In this document: positions 28,609 through 37,708 of the stretch, in pieces
How the letters are laid out: the number at the start of each line of letters is the position of its first letter
How positions within the stretch are numbered: the first letter of the stretch is position 1
Assembly: GCA_016234585.1 (NCBI GenBank)
Contig: JACRBB010000029.1
Coordinates: 1 to 43,499, forward strand
DNA from: Candidatus Saccharimonadota bacterium
GTDB lineage: Bacteria > Patescibacteriota > Saccharimonadia > Saccharimonadales > UBA10212
Reading direction: 5' to 3'
Length of the DNA stretch: 43,499 bases
The notes under the pieces: generated by a model
Told to the model about the DNA's origin: nothing
Database searches by the model: none
What the model saw: the letters and a program-made list of their open reading frames with translations, nothing else
Position numbers and translations under genes: made by a program

Positions 28609-29754
28609 ATGAAAAGGGGAGTCTGGTTGCCACTATTCGTTTTTGGGGCAGCCTTTTTATTATTGGTTTTTGGGGCCAAAGCCCAAGCTTGGACGGAATT
28701 TAGATCTGGCGATTCGGCAACGGTGTCTTCTGGTGAAACGGTAGATAGCAGCCTTTGGGTCGGCGCCAAGAACGTTGACATTGCTGGCACGGTGAACGGC
28801 GATGTTTTCTGTGGCGCCCAGACAGTTAACATCAGCGGAACTGTTAAGGGTGACGTGATTTGCGGTGCGCAGACTATTAATGTTAGCGGTAACGTGGAAG
28901 GCAGCGTCCGCCTAGGCGCTCAAACCGTTAACCTGACCGGCTCGGTTGGGCGTAATGCCACGGTTGGTGCTCAGACAATCACTACGGATTCCAAAAGCCG
29001 TGTGGGCGGCGATGCCAGTTTTGGCGCCAGCAACACGCATCTGAACGGGCAAGTCGGCCGCGACCTGGCTGTAGGCGGCTCTATGGTTGACTTGAACGGA
29101 GTGGTTGGGCGTGATGTAAAGGGTGGCGCCGATAAGATAACGCTTGCAGGGAGCGCCAAAGTTGGCGGTGGCGTAGAATACACCAGCAAAAATAAGATTG
29201 CCATTGCTGATGGCGCATCCGTGGCCGGCAAGGTTATCCAGCACGCACCCAAGCAGAAGTCTGGCACTTTTGCCTCTTTGTTAATTTTCCACGGGGTGGT
29301 GGCGCTGGTAGCCGCCTTATTCCTTCTGGTAACGGCTCTGATAGTTACAGCGCTGCTGCCGCAGTTTGTCCATAAGGTAAGCAACCAGGCCATGAACCGA
29401 GTATGGTGGGTGCTGTTGACCGGTTTTGTGGCCAGCATCATGGTGCCTATACTTTTTGTCCTGCTACTAATGACGGTCATAGGCATTCCACTGGCCATCC
29501 TGATGATATTCAGCTGGCTGTTAATTGCCTTTAGCAGCGGCCTATTTACGGCTTACTACGTTGGACGGAAGGTATGGCGCACACAAACCAATCCTTTGCT
29601 AAGGGTGCTGGCCGGCGGACCGATTTTACTGATACTGTTTCTGATCCCATACCTCGGCTTCTTTGTAATGCTGGTAGCCTTCTGGCTAGGCGCCGGTATG
29701 GTGCTGCTGGAACTTAAAGATCGCTACCACCGCCCCAAGTACCAGCTAAAGTAA
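28609..29754 (+). CDS. Bactofilin-like (polymer-forming) beta-helix membrane protein
   Basis: Signal peptide, repeated V.I.G.V.GDV..GAQ units, multi-TM C-terminus; GGAGG RBS. Confidence 0.8.
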   Translation: MKRGVWLPLFVFGAAFLLLVFGAKAQAWTEFRSGDSATVSSGETVDSSLWVGAKNVDIAGTVNGDVFCGAQTVNISGTVKGDVICGAQTINVSGNVEGSVRLGAQTVNLTGSVGRNATVGAQTITTDSKSRVGGDASFGASNTHLNGQVGRDLAVGGSMVDLNGVVGRDVKGGADKITLAGSAKVGGGVEYTSKNKIAIADGASVAGKVIQHAPKQKSGTFASLLIFHGVVALVAALFLLVTALIVTALLPQFVHKVSNQAMNRVWWVLLTGFVASIMVPILFVLLLMTVIGIPLAILMIFSWLLIAFSSGLFTAYYVGRKVWRTQTNPLLRVLAGGPILLILFLIPYLGFFVMLVAFWLGAGMVLLELKDRYHRPKYQLK

Positions 29755-29898
29755 TCCCCAGATTTCAACCATCAAACACCACAAGCAACCGTTGTATAAT
29801 TTAGCATAAAGTGGTATTATATATTTGTTTTAGGATAAGCCCCATGGCTTTGTCCTAGGCGTATCCCGTACTCTATGTCTCTTGAGAGGGGACTTGAA

Positions 29899-30105
29899 AT
29901 GAAGAGTTGGCAATGGTGGCTTGAGAAGCCGCAGAGGATTGTGATGGGCGTGATACTGCTCATCATCCTGCTGTTCGCAGCCCTCATCATCGTCAAGTAC
30001 CTTCTGTTGCCACTGTTGGCCGGGGCACTCGTGATCATCGTCCTGGTGGCGATTATCCGTTACGCCCTGACGGGTCGCATCGGTGGTCGCGGGAGTGGTA
30101 GCTGA
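29899..30105 (+). CDS. Small GC-rich hydrophobic membrane protein (68 aa)
   Basis: GAGGGG RBS, ATG 29899, long hydrophobic core, GC3-rich codons, downstream hairpin. Confidence 0.65.
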   Translation: MKSWQWWLEKPQRIVMGVILLIILLFAALIIVKYLLLPLLAGALVIIVLVAIIRYALTGRIGGRGSGS

Positions 30106-30257
30106 GGTAAAGACGACAAGGGATAGGCCTGGGTAGGGGACAGTTTGCCATCTGGCGGACATACTCTACCCAGGCGCGGCCTGGAATTACACTTTGATAA
30201 AAAATCAATTTCTTCCAGGCCGCCTTACATTTGATATCAATAGGAGAGGGATAAAAG

Positions 30258-30677
30258 TTATTTATTTTGGCGGCCGCGTTTGTATATTCCACCAAGAATT
30301 GCTAGGACCGCGGCAACGGTAAACGTACCCGCCGCAATAACTGTTCCAGTCCTATGCCTATCCACTGTTTCATGGATTCTGGCATATAGGGTACCTTCTT
30401 CATCGCCAGGAGCGAGTTCTATGTCGCCAAGCTCTACAATTTTATCGGTATCCCCATGCTTGACGCGTGTTGACCAAGGGCTCCCGACCTCGTCGGCGGT
30501 TCTTACAAGCCGTCTATGCCTATAAACCAAGGGCCTTCTTAGGTCGACGGGAGGGTATTCACCTTGTGGGTTCTCAAACTGTTCAAATTCAGGATTAAGA
30601 TCATTACTTTCTGGGGTGGACATGCTAACTCCTATAGCTAAATGGCAGTATATCACGGGCCAAAAAACTATGGACAC
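30258..30677 (-). CDS. Hypothetical protein with C-terminal TM anchor
   Basis: ORF track; true start probably the internal MSTPES. Confidence 0.55.
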   Translation of the reverse strand: MSIVFWPVIYCHLAIGVSMSTPESNDLNPEFEQFENPQGEYPPVDLRRPLVYRHRRLVRTADEVGSPWSTRVKHGDTDKIVELGDIELAPGDEEGTLYARIHETVDRHRTGTVIAAGTFTVAAVLAILGGIYKRGRQNK

Positions 30678-30727
30678 CAGGCAAAATTAAGCTTATGCTT
30701 AGCCCATTATTAATGGGAGCATGGGTC

Positions 30728-30946
30728 ATGGAAATGAACGCTTTAGATAAACTCGCTTACACGTTGGTTGTAATCGGGGGTCTTAACTGGGGCTTAATAG
30801 GGTTTTTTAACCGTGAGTTAGTTGAAGACATACTGAACTTATCATCCGGTGTATCCCGAACGGTTTACGCCATCATCGGTCTGGCAGCCGTATATATGCT
30901 GGCCAAGATGTTCATGATGATGAGCGAAAAGAAGCCTTCTAAGTAG
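30728..30946 (+). CDS. DUF378 family membrane protein
   Basis: LVVIGGLNWGLIGFF..LV..I...SRTVYAIIGLAA. Confidence 0.9.
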   Translation: MEMNALDKLAYTLVVIGGLNWGLIGFFNRELVEDILNLSSGVSRTVYAIIGLAAVYMLAKMFMMMSEKKPSK

Positions 30947-30958
30947 TCTTCTTCACTC

Positions 30959-31903
30959 CTACAAAAAAGCCTTGGTTGTCGCCGAGGTAATGCCGGCGAA
31001 TGCCTGTTTGCCGGCCACCGTGTCGTAAACACCGCTGTTGGTCTTGCTTAAAATTACCAGTACATAGGGGTGTTTGCCATTGTCTATAATCGCTCCGTCG
31101 TGGACGCGGTCTTCTAGCCAGCCGGCCTTGTGGTAAACTTTTACACCTGAAGGAATTGACGCTGGTATGTAGTCGGTCTCGTTGGCGTTTTGCATATAGG
31201 AAAGTAAAAGAGCGGTGTCGGAGTTATTGAGGAGCTGCTTATTATAAAGCTTGCCAAAAAGTATAGCGATGGTATCGGCAGTCAGCGTATTCTGGTCGGG
31301 ATCGTAACTGTTGAGTCCAATCTGTTTGGCATAGTCGCCAAGCTCTTGATGTCCAAGTAGCGAGTTAAACTCAGTCCACGCAGTGTTATCGCTTTGCTCA
31401 ATCAGTTGTTGCAGTTGATATTTGGCAGTTGAACCCCCCACCATGTCGGTTAGGCTGGCCTTGCCGTTCTCTACCTGATGTAAAAAGAGTACGGCCGTAA
31501 GGACTTTGGAAATACTAGCTGCTATAAACGGCTGATTTTCCCCGTATTGGTAGATTTTACCGCTGTTTAGGTCTTGGACGGCGACACCGATGTCAAGTTC
31601 GGGGTGGGCTGCGATAACCGCGTTAATCTTAGCGGCCATGGCGTCTGAGCTGGTTTGACTTAAACCAGGAGGCATAATATTCGCGGCTGTTACTTTCTTG
31701 CTGCCAGTATAATTTGAATGACGGGGTGACCACGGCAAACCGACAAAATGATACAAAAGGCCCAGTGCCACGACTAAAAACAAGACCGGCAAAAACTTAC
31801 GCTTACGCCGGCTCCTAACGGGCTGTGCCTGGGGAGTTGGCCTGTAGTAGTAGTTAGAGCTTGGAGCTGTACTCCTGGGAGTCTGCATATGATGTGTCCA
31901 CAC
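30959..31903 (-). CDS. Class A beta-lactamase-like serine hydrolase, membrane anchored
   Basis: ASISK (SxxK), SDN, HKAG, HDGAI motifs. Confidence 0.88.
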   Translation of the reverse strand: MWTHHMQTPRSTAPSSNYYYRPTPQAQPVRSRRKRKFLPVLFLVVALGLLYHFVGLPWSPRHSNYTGSKKVTAANIMPPGLSQTSSDAMAAKINAVIAAHPELDIGVAVQDLNSGKIYQYGENQPFIAASISKVLTAVLFLHQVENGKASLTDMVGGSTAKYQLQQLIEQSDNTAWTEFNSLLGHQELGDYAKQIGLNSYDPDQNTLTADTIAILFGKLYNKQLLNNSDTALLLSYMQNANETDYIPASIPSGVKVYHKAGWLEDRVHDGAIIDNGKHPYVLVILSKTNSGVYDTVAGKQAFAGITSATTKAFL

Positions 31904-32133
31904 AAAAATTGGCTTTTAGCCTTTAAATGTTAGATCGTAAGACTGAAATTAACCTTAAGTGGATGGCGAATTATTGAACTTTTTTGTTTTTACTTGGCAC
32001 TTATAGAATATACATGGCCAGCAAAAGTTGCACAATAAGCACATGCATAAACAACAACATAGCTGTTATTTTGCAAGCGTTAGCCCATGCTATACTGGAT
32101 GTGTTTTAAAAATTAATTATCAAGAGTGCGGTT

Positions 32134-32186
32134 CCCTCCGTCGTCAAGACTATGGAGGGTCCTCCGAAGCTTTTTGCGAAGGAGGA
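32134..32186. repeat. Two adjacent REP-like palindromes inside the riboswitch
   Basis: CCCTCCGTCGTCAAGACTATGGAGGG and TCCTCCGAAGCTTTTTGCGAAGGAGGA, related hairpins with CCTCC/GGAGG stems. Confidence 0.65.
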
Positions 32187-32230
32187 AGGGTTCTGGCCCG
32201 ATGACCCGCCGGCAACCCAGTCAAGCAGAG

Positions 32231-32254
32231 GTTTACCCTGAGCTTGTCGAAGGG
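32231..32254 (-). repeat. REP-like palindrome in riboswitch P3
   Basis: Reverse complement CCCTTCGACAAGCTCAGGGTAAAC, closely related to 39981-40004. Confidence 0.7.
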
Positions 32255-32295
32255 TGCCACATCCAGCCCGGATTCCGGGATAGATAAGCTTACTG

Positions 32296-32337
32296 CCCTT
32301 CTATCCCAAAATAACGGTAAAAAGAAGGGATTTTTTT
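32296..32337 (+). terminator. Riboswitch expression platform
   Basis: CCCTTCT/AGAAGGG stem plus T7 right before the metK ATG; alternative pairing of CTATCCC with GGGATAG at the aptamer 3' end. Confidence 0.6.
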
Positions 32338-33300
32338 ATGTCAACCTACAAAACGGCCGAGAGTGTATCGCCAAAACACCCGGATAAACTGTGCGATCAG
32401 ATATCCGATGCCATACTGGACGCTTATCTTAAAAAAGACCCAAAGGCTCGAGTGGCAGTTGAGGCGGTAGGCGGTCACGGCGAGGTTTTTGTAGTTGGCG
32501 AAGTGACGGCGCATGCCAAAATTGACGTTGAGCCGATAGTCAGGCGACTGGCAGGCGATAAGGTTAAAATACGACACAAAATCGTGCATCAAAGCCCGGA
32601 AATCGCCGTTAAGGTAGACAGTGGCGGAGCCGGTGACCAGGGTATTATGGTAGGTTACGCGACATCGGAAACAAATGAGCTATTGCCGCTGGAAGTGGTC
32701 TTATCCCGGCAGCTTAACCAATACATATTTAAGCGCTGGCCGTATGACGGTAAAACGCAGGTGACCTTAAAGGATGGTAAGATTACCGCTGTTGTAGCCA
32801 GCTTTCAGCATGCTAAACAAGTTGAGCTAGATGAAGCCGTTAAGAAATGGCTTAAAGATAAGCCTAAACTTGACGATGTCCAAATTTACGCAAACCCGTT
32901 TGGGGATTGGAATCAAGGCGGCTTTGACGCCGACAGCGGACTGACCGGCCGTAAACTTGTTGTTGATAATTACGGACCTCAAGTACCGGTGGGCGGCGGG
33001 GCATTTTCTGGCAAGGATGCTACCAAAGTGGACCGCTCCGGCGCCTATATGGCCCGGCGGATTGCCGTGGATTACATTAAAAAACATAAAGCCAAAGAAG
33101 TATTTTGTTACTTGGCCTATGCCATCGGTGTGGCCGAGCCGTTGGAAGCCACGGTAGTCTTGGACGGTAAGTCGCAACTTGTGAAAGGCTATGACTTAAC
33201 GCCAAAAGGTATTATTGAGTACCTGGATTTACGTAAACCCCAGTACGAACAAACTGCCCGTTATGGCCACTTTGGACACCACTTCCGCTGGGACTCGTAA
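32338..33300 (+). CDS. metK: S-adenosylmethionine synthetase (compact form)
   Basis: ESVSPKHPDKLCDQISD, GAGDQG, DSGLTGRK, GGGAFSGKDATKVDRSGAY, ARYGHFG. Confidence 0.96.
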   Translation: MSTYKTAESVSPKHPDKLCDQISDAILDAYLKKDPKARVAVEAVGGHGEVFVVGEVTAHAKIDVEPIVRRLAGDKVKIRHKIVHQSPEIAVKVDSGGAGDQGIMVGYATSETNELLPLEVVLSRQLNQYIFKRWPYDGKTQVTLKDGKITAVVASFQHAKQVELDEAVKKWLKDKPKLDDVQIYANPFGDWNQGGFDADSGLTGRKLVVDNYGPQVPVGGGAFSGKDATKVDRSGAYMARRIAVDYIKKHKAKEVFCYLAYAIGVAEPLEATVVLDGKSQLVKGYDLTPKGIIEYLDLRKPQYEQTARYGHFGHHFRWDS

Positions 33301-33316
33301 GGTGTTAGTAACTAAG

Positions 33317-33402
33317 TTATCCACAGATTTTAAGCATTGGCATTTTATAATATAAACACAAGCAATTGACAAGTTTTTAGAGCGGGAATAGACTGTGGAT
33401 AG
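33317..33402. promoter_or_regulatory. Sigma70 promoter flanked by two DnaA-box-like 9-mers
   Basis: TTATCCACA 33317-33325; TTGACA(33366)-17-TAGACT(33389); TGTGGATAG 33394-33402 (1 mismatch, opposite strand). Confidence 0.55.
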
Positions 33403-33453
33403 TTCATCGTGAGGTGAATCAGTAACCAAAGTCAGCAATGGCGGAAGTTACGG

Positions 33454-33485
33454 CAAAAAAGAGCCCCTCAAAAGGCTCTTTTTTG
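33454..33485 (+). terminator. Bidirectional-type intrinsic terminator upstream of the DUF475 gene
   Basis: CAAAAAAGAGCC-cctcaaaa-GGCTCTTTTTTG. Confidence 0.8.
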
Positions 33486-33521
33486 TATATTTTGGAACCT
33501 CTCGTGCTAGCATAAGACGAA

Positions 33522-34538
33522 ATGAGTGCAACTGCCCACCCAGGACTTCTGCGGCGATACGGCCTTGTGACGGGTGTGTCGCTTCTGGTAGTGATTGCCG
33601 CGATAATGTTTGGCGGACCGAGCGTTTTACTGCCAATTATCGCCCTGGCAGCCATAGAAATAACTTTTAGCTTCGATAATGCCGTTTTAAATAGCCAGGT
33701 GCTAGCTAAAATGAGCAAAATCTGGAGGACCCTATTTTTAACGGTCGGGATTGCCATAGCTGTTTTTGGCGTTCGGGCCATACTGCCCTTGGTTTTGGTG
33801 TCTTGGGCATCTGATAACGGCTTGTCACAGGTACTAGACCAGGCTTTGCACCACCCTGACGTCTACGCCGAAGAGTTAAAATCTGGCTATCCGATAATCG
33901 CGGCCTTCGGCGGGGTCTTTTTACTTATGGTCAGCCTAATGTTTTTTGGTGAACGCAAGAAGGTTAATTGGCTTAAAAGTATCGAAAAGCCTCTGGGCAA
34001 CTTCAACCGGCCATGGCTGGTGTCTGTTACTGGAGCTACCATAGCCATACTGCTTGTTTATCTGGTCTTATCTCCGGGTAGTAACAGGATAGCCCTTGCC
34101 GGGCTATTGGGAGCGTTGATATTCCTGGCTGTCAAAGGTGTAAGCGGCTTTTTGCTGAGCCGCAGCAAAAACTCAGCCCATCATGGACTTATCCAGTTTG
34201 TATACCTGGAGTTGCTGGATGCGTCGTTTAGTTTTGACGGAGTGGTAGCCGCCTTTGCTATCACCAAGGAAGTGTTTTTAATAGTTGCCGGGCTAGGCAT
34301 TGGTGCGCTATATCTGAGGTCTATGACGTTGCATCTTTTAGAGAAAGGCACATTGACCAACTACCGCTATCTGATACACGGTGCCCATTATGCTATTTTG
34401 GCATTATCGATCCTGCTGCTGGCCGGTATCCGGTTTGAAGTACCCGAAGCCGTAACTGGCATAATAGGACTGGCTATCATATTGGTGGCCTTTGAAGGCT
34501 CGCGCCGCCATAACAAAGTTACCCTGACAACAGTCTGA
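33522..34538 (+). CDS. DUF475 (TerC-related) integral membrane protein
   Basis: EITFSFDNAVLN, YLELLDASFSFDGV, YLIHGAHYAI. Confidence 0.92.
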   Translation: MSATAHPGLLRRYGLVTGVSLLVVIAAIMFGGPSVLLPIIALAAIEITFSFDNAVLNSQVLAKMSKIWRTLFLTVGIAIAVFGVRAILPLVLVSWASDNGLSQVLDQALHHPDVYAEELKSGYPIIAAFGGVFLLMVSLMFFGERKKVNWLKSIEKPLGNFNRPWLVSVTGATIAILLVYLVLSPGSNRIALAGLLGALIFLAVKGVSGFLLSRSKNSAHHGLIQFVYLELLDASFSFDGVVAAFAITKEVFLIVAGLGIGALYLRSMTLHLLEKGTLTNYRYLIHGAHYAILALSILLLAGIRFEVPEAVTGIIGLAIILVAFEGSRRHNKVTLTTV

Positions 34539-34997
34539 CTATCGCATCATGCCGCCATGCGGGCCGGCAGGTGGCGTGGGTAAAACATCATCCAGGTTAG
34601 TGATGCCGTTATCTTTGGCCCAGGCTTCCAGCTCGTCGTGGAGTTTTTGATGATTGGCCATGCGATCTTGGTGATTTTCGGTTTTAAATTCTGATTTTAA
34701 TGAGTCAAGCTTGGCGAGTAGCTTTGTTTTTTGATCTTCGGTCAGCTTGCCGTTCTTAACGGCAGCCGTGAGTTTATCTTCCAGTTTCTGTTGGCGATCT
34801 TTATCATGGGTGGCCTGTTCGTCCTTAAAGACTTGCTGGACGTCCGTTGGATTCAGGTGGAATTTGTCAGCAAGCTTTTGAACAATAGGCGGGTAGTCAC
34901 TGCTAGAAGTGGCGGCCATTGCCGTTGTTGAAATGCCGGCTATACCTATGGCTCCGGTTACGGCTGACGCGACTATTAATGTTTTGCTGTATTTCAT
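34539..34997 (-). CDS. Secreted helical hypothetical protein
   Basis: Start at MKYSKTLIV with signal peptide; AVKNGKLTEDQ helical motif; the longer ORF call overlaps the clpC promoter. Confidence 0.75.
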   Translation of the reverse strand: MKYSKTLIVASAVTGAIGIAGISTTAMAATSSSDYPPIVQKLADKFHLNPTDVQQVFKDEQATHDKDRQQKLEDKLTAAVKNGKLTEDQKTKLLAKLDSLKSEFKTENHQDRMANHQKLHDELEAWAKDNGITNLDDVLPTPPAGPHGGMMR

Positions 34998-35083
34998 ATC
35001 GTGCTTTGCTCCTTTGATTAGTTTAAGCCTTGATAGAATACTTGCTAAAACTGAAGGAAAACTTAAGTGCCTACAGTCTAATT

Positions 35084-35110
35084 CTGGCACTCTTGACATG
35101 AGAGTGCCAA
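35084..35110 (+). promoter_or_regulatory. CIRCE element (HrcA operator) overlapping the clpC promoter
   Basis: CTGGCACTC-N9-GAGTGCCAA vs consensus TTAGCACTC-N9-GAGTGCTAA; TTGACA in the spacer and TGcTATAAT at 35115-35123. Confidence 0.85.
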
Positions 35111-35197
35111 GTTCTGCTATAATGGTTTGTATAGCGGCAATCCAAAAATAACCGCCGCCAAAAAATTTTAAATTACAGAGGGAAAGAGTATCACCAA

Positions 35198-37675
35198 ATG
35201 ATGCCAAACTCACCTGATTTTCAGGATTTTTTATCTCACTTAACCAATAACGCGTTGCAGAGTTTGAAGCACGCCGACGCGATTGCTAGAGCCAGCGGTA
35301 GCGCTTACATTGGCACGGAGCACCTATTGCTGGGTGTGCTGGCCCAAGATGGCTCCCTGGGCGCCAAAATATTAGAAGGCGCCGGTGTAACCCTGGACCG
35401 GGCTCGCTTGGCGCTTAATTTGACGCCTAAGACCTTAGTTATAAATATGGGTGGCAAGGGTCTGTCCGAGACTGCCAAGTTGACCTTGAAAATGGCCTGG
35501 GAAATCGCCCAGGAATTCAACCAGGACCACTGCGGCACAGAGCATATTTTGTATAGCATCCTTAGTCAAAAAAATGCTCGGGCAACGACTTTAATGCGGG
35601 ACATGAGCGTCGATACTGACCGCCTGAGCAACGAAGTCGAACAGTTTCTGAGCCGCCAGCAGTATGAGGATGGCGAAAGGGCCGCCGGGGGCCAACGTCG
35701 CCGTGGCGGTGGTAAAAAGACCGCCCTGGAATTTTTTGGCACCGATATGACCGAGCTGGCCAGAAAGGGCAATCTGGACCCGGTAGTCGGGCGCGAGCCG
35801 CAAATCCGCCGGGTAATCACTATTTTAAATCGTCGCACCAAAAATAACCCGGTGCTTATAGGTGAACCGGGTGTTGGCAAAACGGCCATCGTAGAAGGTA
35901 TCGCCCAGCGTATCGTTAATGAAGAAGTGCCCGATAGCTTGCTGAACAAGCGGATTATTACCCTGGACTTAGCCGGTATGATAGCCGGTACCAAGTACCG
36001 TGGTGAGTTCGAAGATCGCCTTAAAAAAGTAATTGCCGAACTGGAGCAAGACAAAAGCGTGATTGTGTTTATTGACGAGTTGCACCTGATTGTTGGGGCC
36101 GGCTCAGCCGAAGGCAGCATGGACGCTGGAAATATCTTAAAACCTAGCTTAGCCCGCGGTAAAATCCGTATGATAGGCGCCACGACCACCGACGAGTACA
36201 CCCGCCACGTAGAAAAAGATGCGGCTTTGGAACGCCGCTTCCAACCGATTCAGGTACCCGAGACCACGCTCCCGGAAACGGTATCCATATTAAAGGGTCT
36301 AAGGGGCCATTATGAGGAGTTCCACGGTGTGAAAGTCAGCGACGAGGTATTGGCCGATACGGCCCAGTTTGCCCGCCGCTATATTAAAGATCGCTTTATG
36401 CCCGACAAGGCGATTGACCTACTAGACGAAACGTCGGCCTATTTAAGAGTTAACAAGGGCAAGACTCCGCCTCAACTGCGTACAATGCAAAAAGAGCTGA
36501 AACTTGCTAACACCCGGATAGATGACGCTGTGGAGGCCGAGGATTACGAAAAAGCCGCTCGTCAAAAACAAAAGGCCAGCCAGATCAGCGAAGAAATAAA
36601 GAAGCTGGAAACCAAGCATAAAACCGGCAAACCTATTACCATTACCAGCGATGACGTTGCTGAAACCGTGGCCAGAATAACCGGCGTGCCGGTGACCAAG
36701 GTTATTCGCTCCGAAGCTAAATACCTGGTAAATCTTGAAAAAAACCTCAGTAAATACATCGTCGGCCAGAGTGAAGCCGTCGAGACCGTATCTCGGGCAG
36801 TCCGCCGCAGCCGCTCTGGGATATCCAGCGAAAAGCGACCAATAGGCTCGTTTGTTTTCTTAGGCCCAACCGGCGTTGGCAAGACCGAACTAGCCCGCGT
36901 CCTGGCCAGAGAGTTCTTTGGCTCAGATGAAGCCTTGATTAAGATAGACATGAGTGAGTTTGGTGAGCACCACACGGTGGCCCGCCTGGTGGGCGCGCCG
37001 GCCGGTTACGTCGGTTACGAGGATGGCGGACAATTGACCGATAAAATCCGACGCCAGCCTTATAGCGTGGTGCTGTTTGACGAAATCGAGAAAGCCCACC
37101 CGGATGTGTTCAACATGCTGCTGCAGATTCTGGAAGATGGTGCCCTAAGCGACGCCAAAGGCCGTAAGATTGACTTTACCAACACTATCGTAATAATGAC
37201 CAGTAACCTAGGTGCTGAAAAACTCCAAAAAGAAGCCAGTTTTGGTTTTGGCGCCGCCACGCGTGGTGATCTGGATAATCTTGACGAGCTGCACGCCGCT
37301 AACAAAGACAAAGTTCACGAAGAACTTAAGAAAATGATGCGGCCGGAACTACTGAACAGGATAGACAAGATAATCGTCTTTAGGGCCTTAACCAAAGCCG
37401 ACGCCTTGAAGATACTAGACCTACAACTAGAAGATTTACGCGAACGCCTGGTTAAAAAGGGCATTGGTCTGGAAGTCAGCAAAGCTGCCAAAGCCCGTCT
37501 GTTAAAAGAAGGCTACGATGCCCTTAACGGCGCCCGGCCGATGCGGCGCTTACTGCAAGAAACCTTGGAAGACGCGATTGCCGGCGGGTTGCTGGACGAT
37601 ACCTATCATAAAGGTGACATTGTCAGCGTCGGCGCTAAAAAATCCGAGCTGACATACGCCGCTCTCCCCGAATAA
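35198..37675 (+). CDS. clpC: ATP-dependent Clp protease ATPase subunit ClpC
   Basis: Clp-N repeats (IGTEHLLLG), [18 protein letters not shown]-type middle coil, [17 protein letters not shown] ClpP loop. Confidence 0.93.
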   Translation: MMPNSPDFQDFLSHLTNNALQSLKHADAIARASGSAYIGTEHLLLGVLAQDGSLGAKILEGAGVTLDRARLALNLTPKTLVINMGGKGLSETAKLTLKMAWEIAQEFNQDHCGTEHILYSILSQKNARATTLMRDMSVDTDRLSNEVEQFLSRQQYEDGERAAGGQRRRGGGKKTALEFFGTDMTELARKGNLDPVVGREPQIRRVITILNRRTKNNPVLIGEPGVGKTAIVEGIAQRIVNEEVPDSLLNKRIITLDLAGMIAGTKYRGEFEDRLKKVIAELEQDKSVIVFIDELHLIVGAGSAEGSMDAGNILKPSLARGKIRMIGATTTDEYTRHVEKDAALERRFQPIQVPETTLPETVSILKGLRGHYEEFHGVKVSDEVLADTAQFARRYIKDRFMPDKAIDLLDETSAYLRVNKGKTPPQLRTMQKELKLANTRIDDAVEAEDYEKAARQKQKASQISEEIKKLETKHKTGKPITITSDDVAETVARITGVPVTKVIRSEAKYLVNLEKNLSKYIVGQSEAVETVSRAVRRSRSGISSEKRPIGSFVFLGPTGVGKTELARVLAREFFGSDEALIKIDMSEFGEHHTVARLVGAPAGYVGYEDGGQLTDKIRRQPYSVVLFDEIEKAHPDVFNMLLQILEDGALSDAKGRKIDFTNTIVIMTSNLGAEKLQKEASFGFGAATRGDLDNLDELHAANKDKVHEELKKMMRPELLNRIDKIIVFRALTKADALKILDLQLEDLRERLVKKGIGLEVSKAAKARLLKEGYDALNGARPMRRLLQETLEDAIAGGLLDDTYHKGDIVSVGAKKSELTYAALPE

Positions 37676-37708
37676 TAAGCCAGGCTGCTATACTTTTCCT
37701 AGCAGTAT

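Larger units (their letters stand above)
32117..32287 (+). promoter_or_regulatory. SAM-I riboswitch (with inserted palindromes)
   Basis: TTATCAAGAG...GGG..CTGGCCCGATGA..GGCAACC...GGTGCCA..TCC...AGATAA; P1 TTATC/GATAA; directly upstream of metK. Confidence 0.88.

Noticed and set aside
28740-29240. Periodic sequence as a CRISPR or tandem array
   Set aside because: Periodicity is at the protein level (beta-helix repeats); there are no identical DNA repeats with spacers.
33300-33420. Replication origin or c-di-AMP (ydaO) riboswitch
   Set aside because: Only two DnaA boxes and no dnaA context; the GAGCGGG and GGTGAATC fragments lack the ydaO pairing scheme, and the first lies in the promoter spacer.
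34998-35213. N-terminal extension of the 224-aa minus-strand ORF
   Set aside because: Overlaps the CIRCE and clpC promoter and start; the signal peptide begins at the internal Met (34997).
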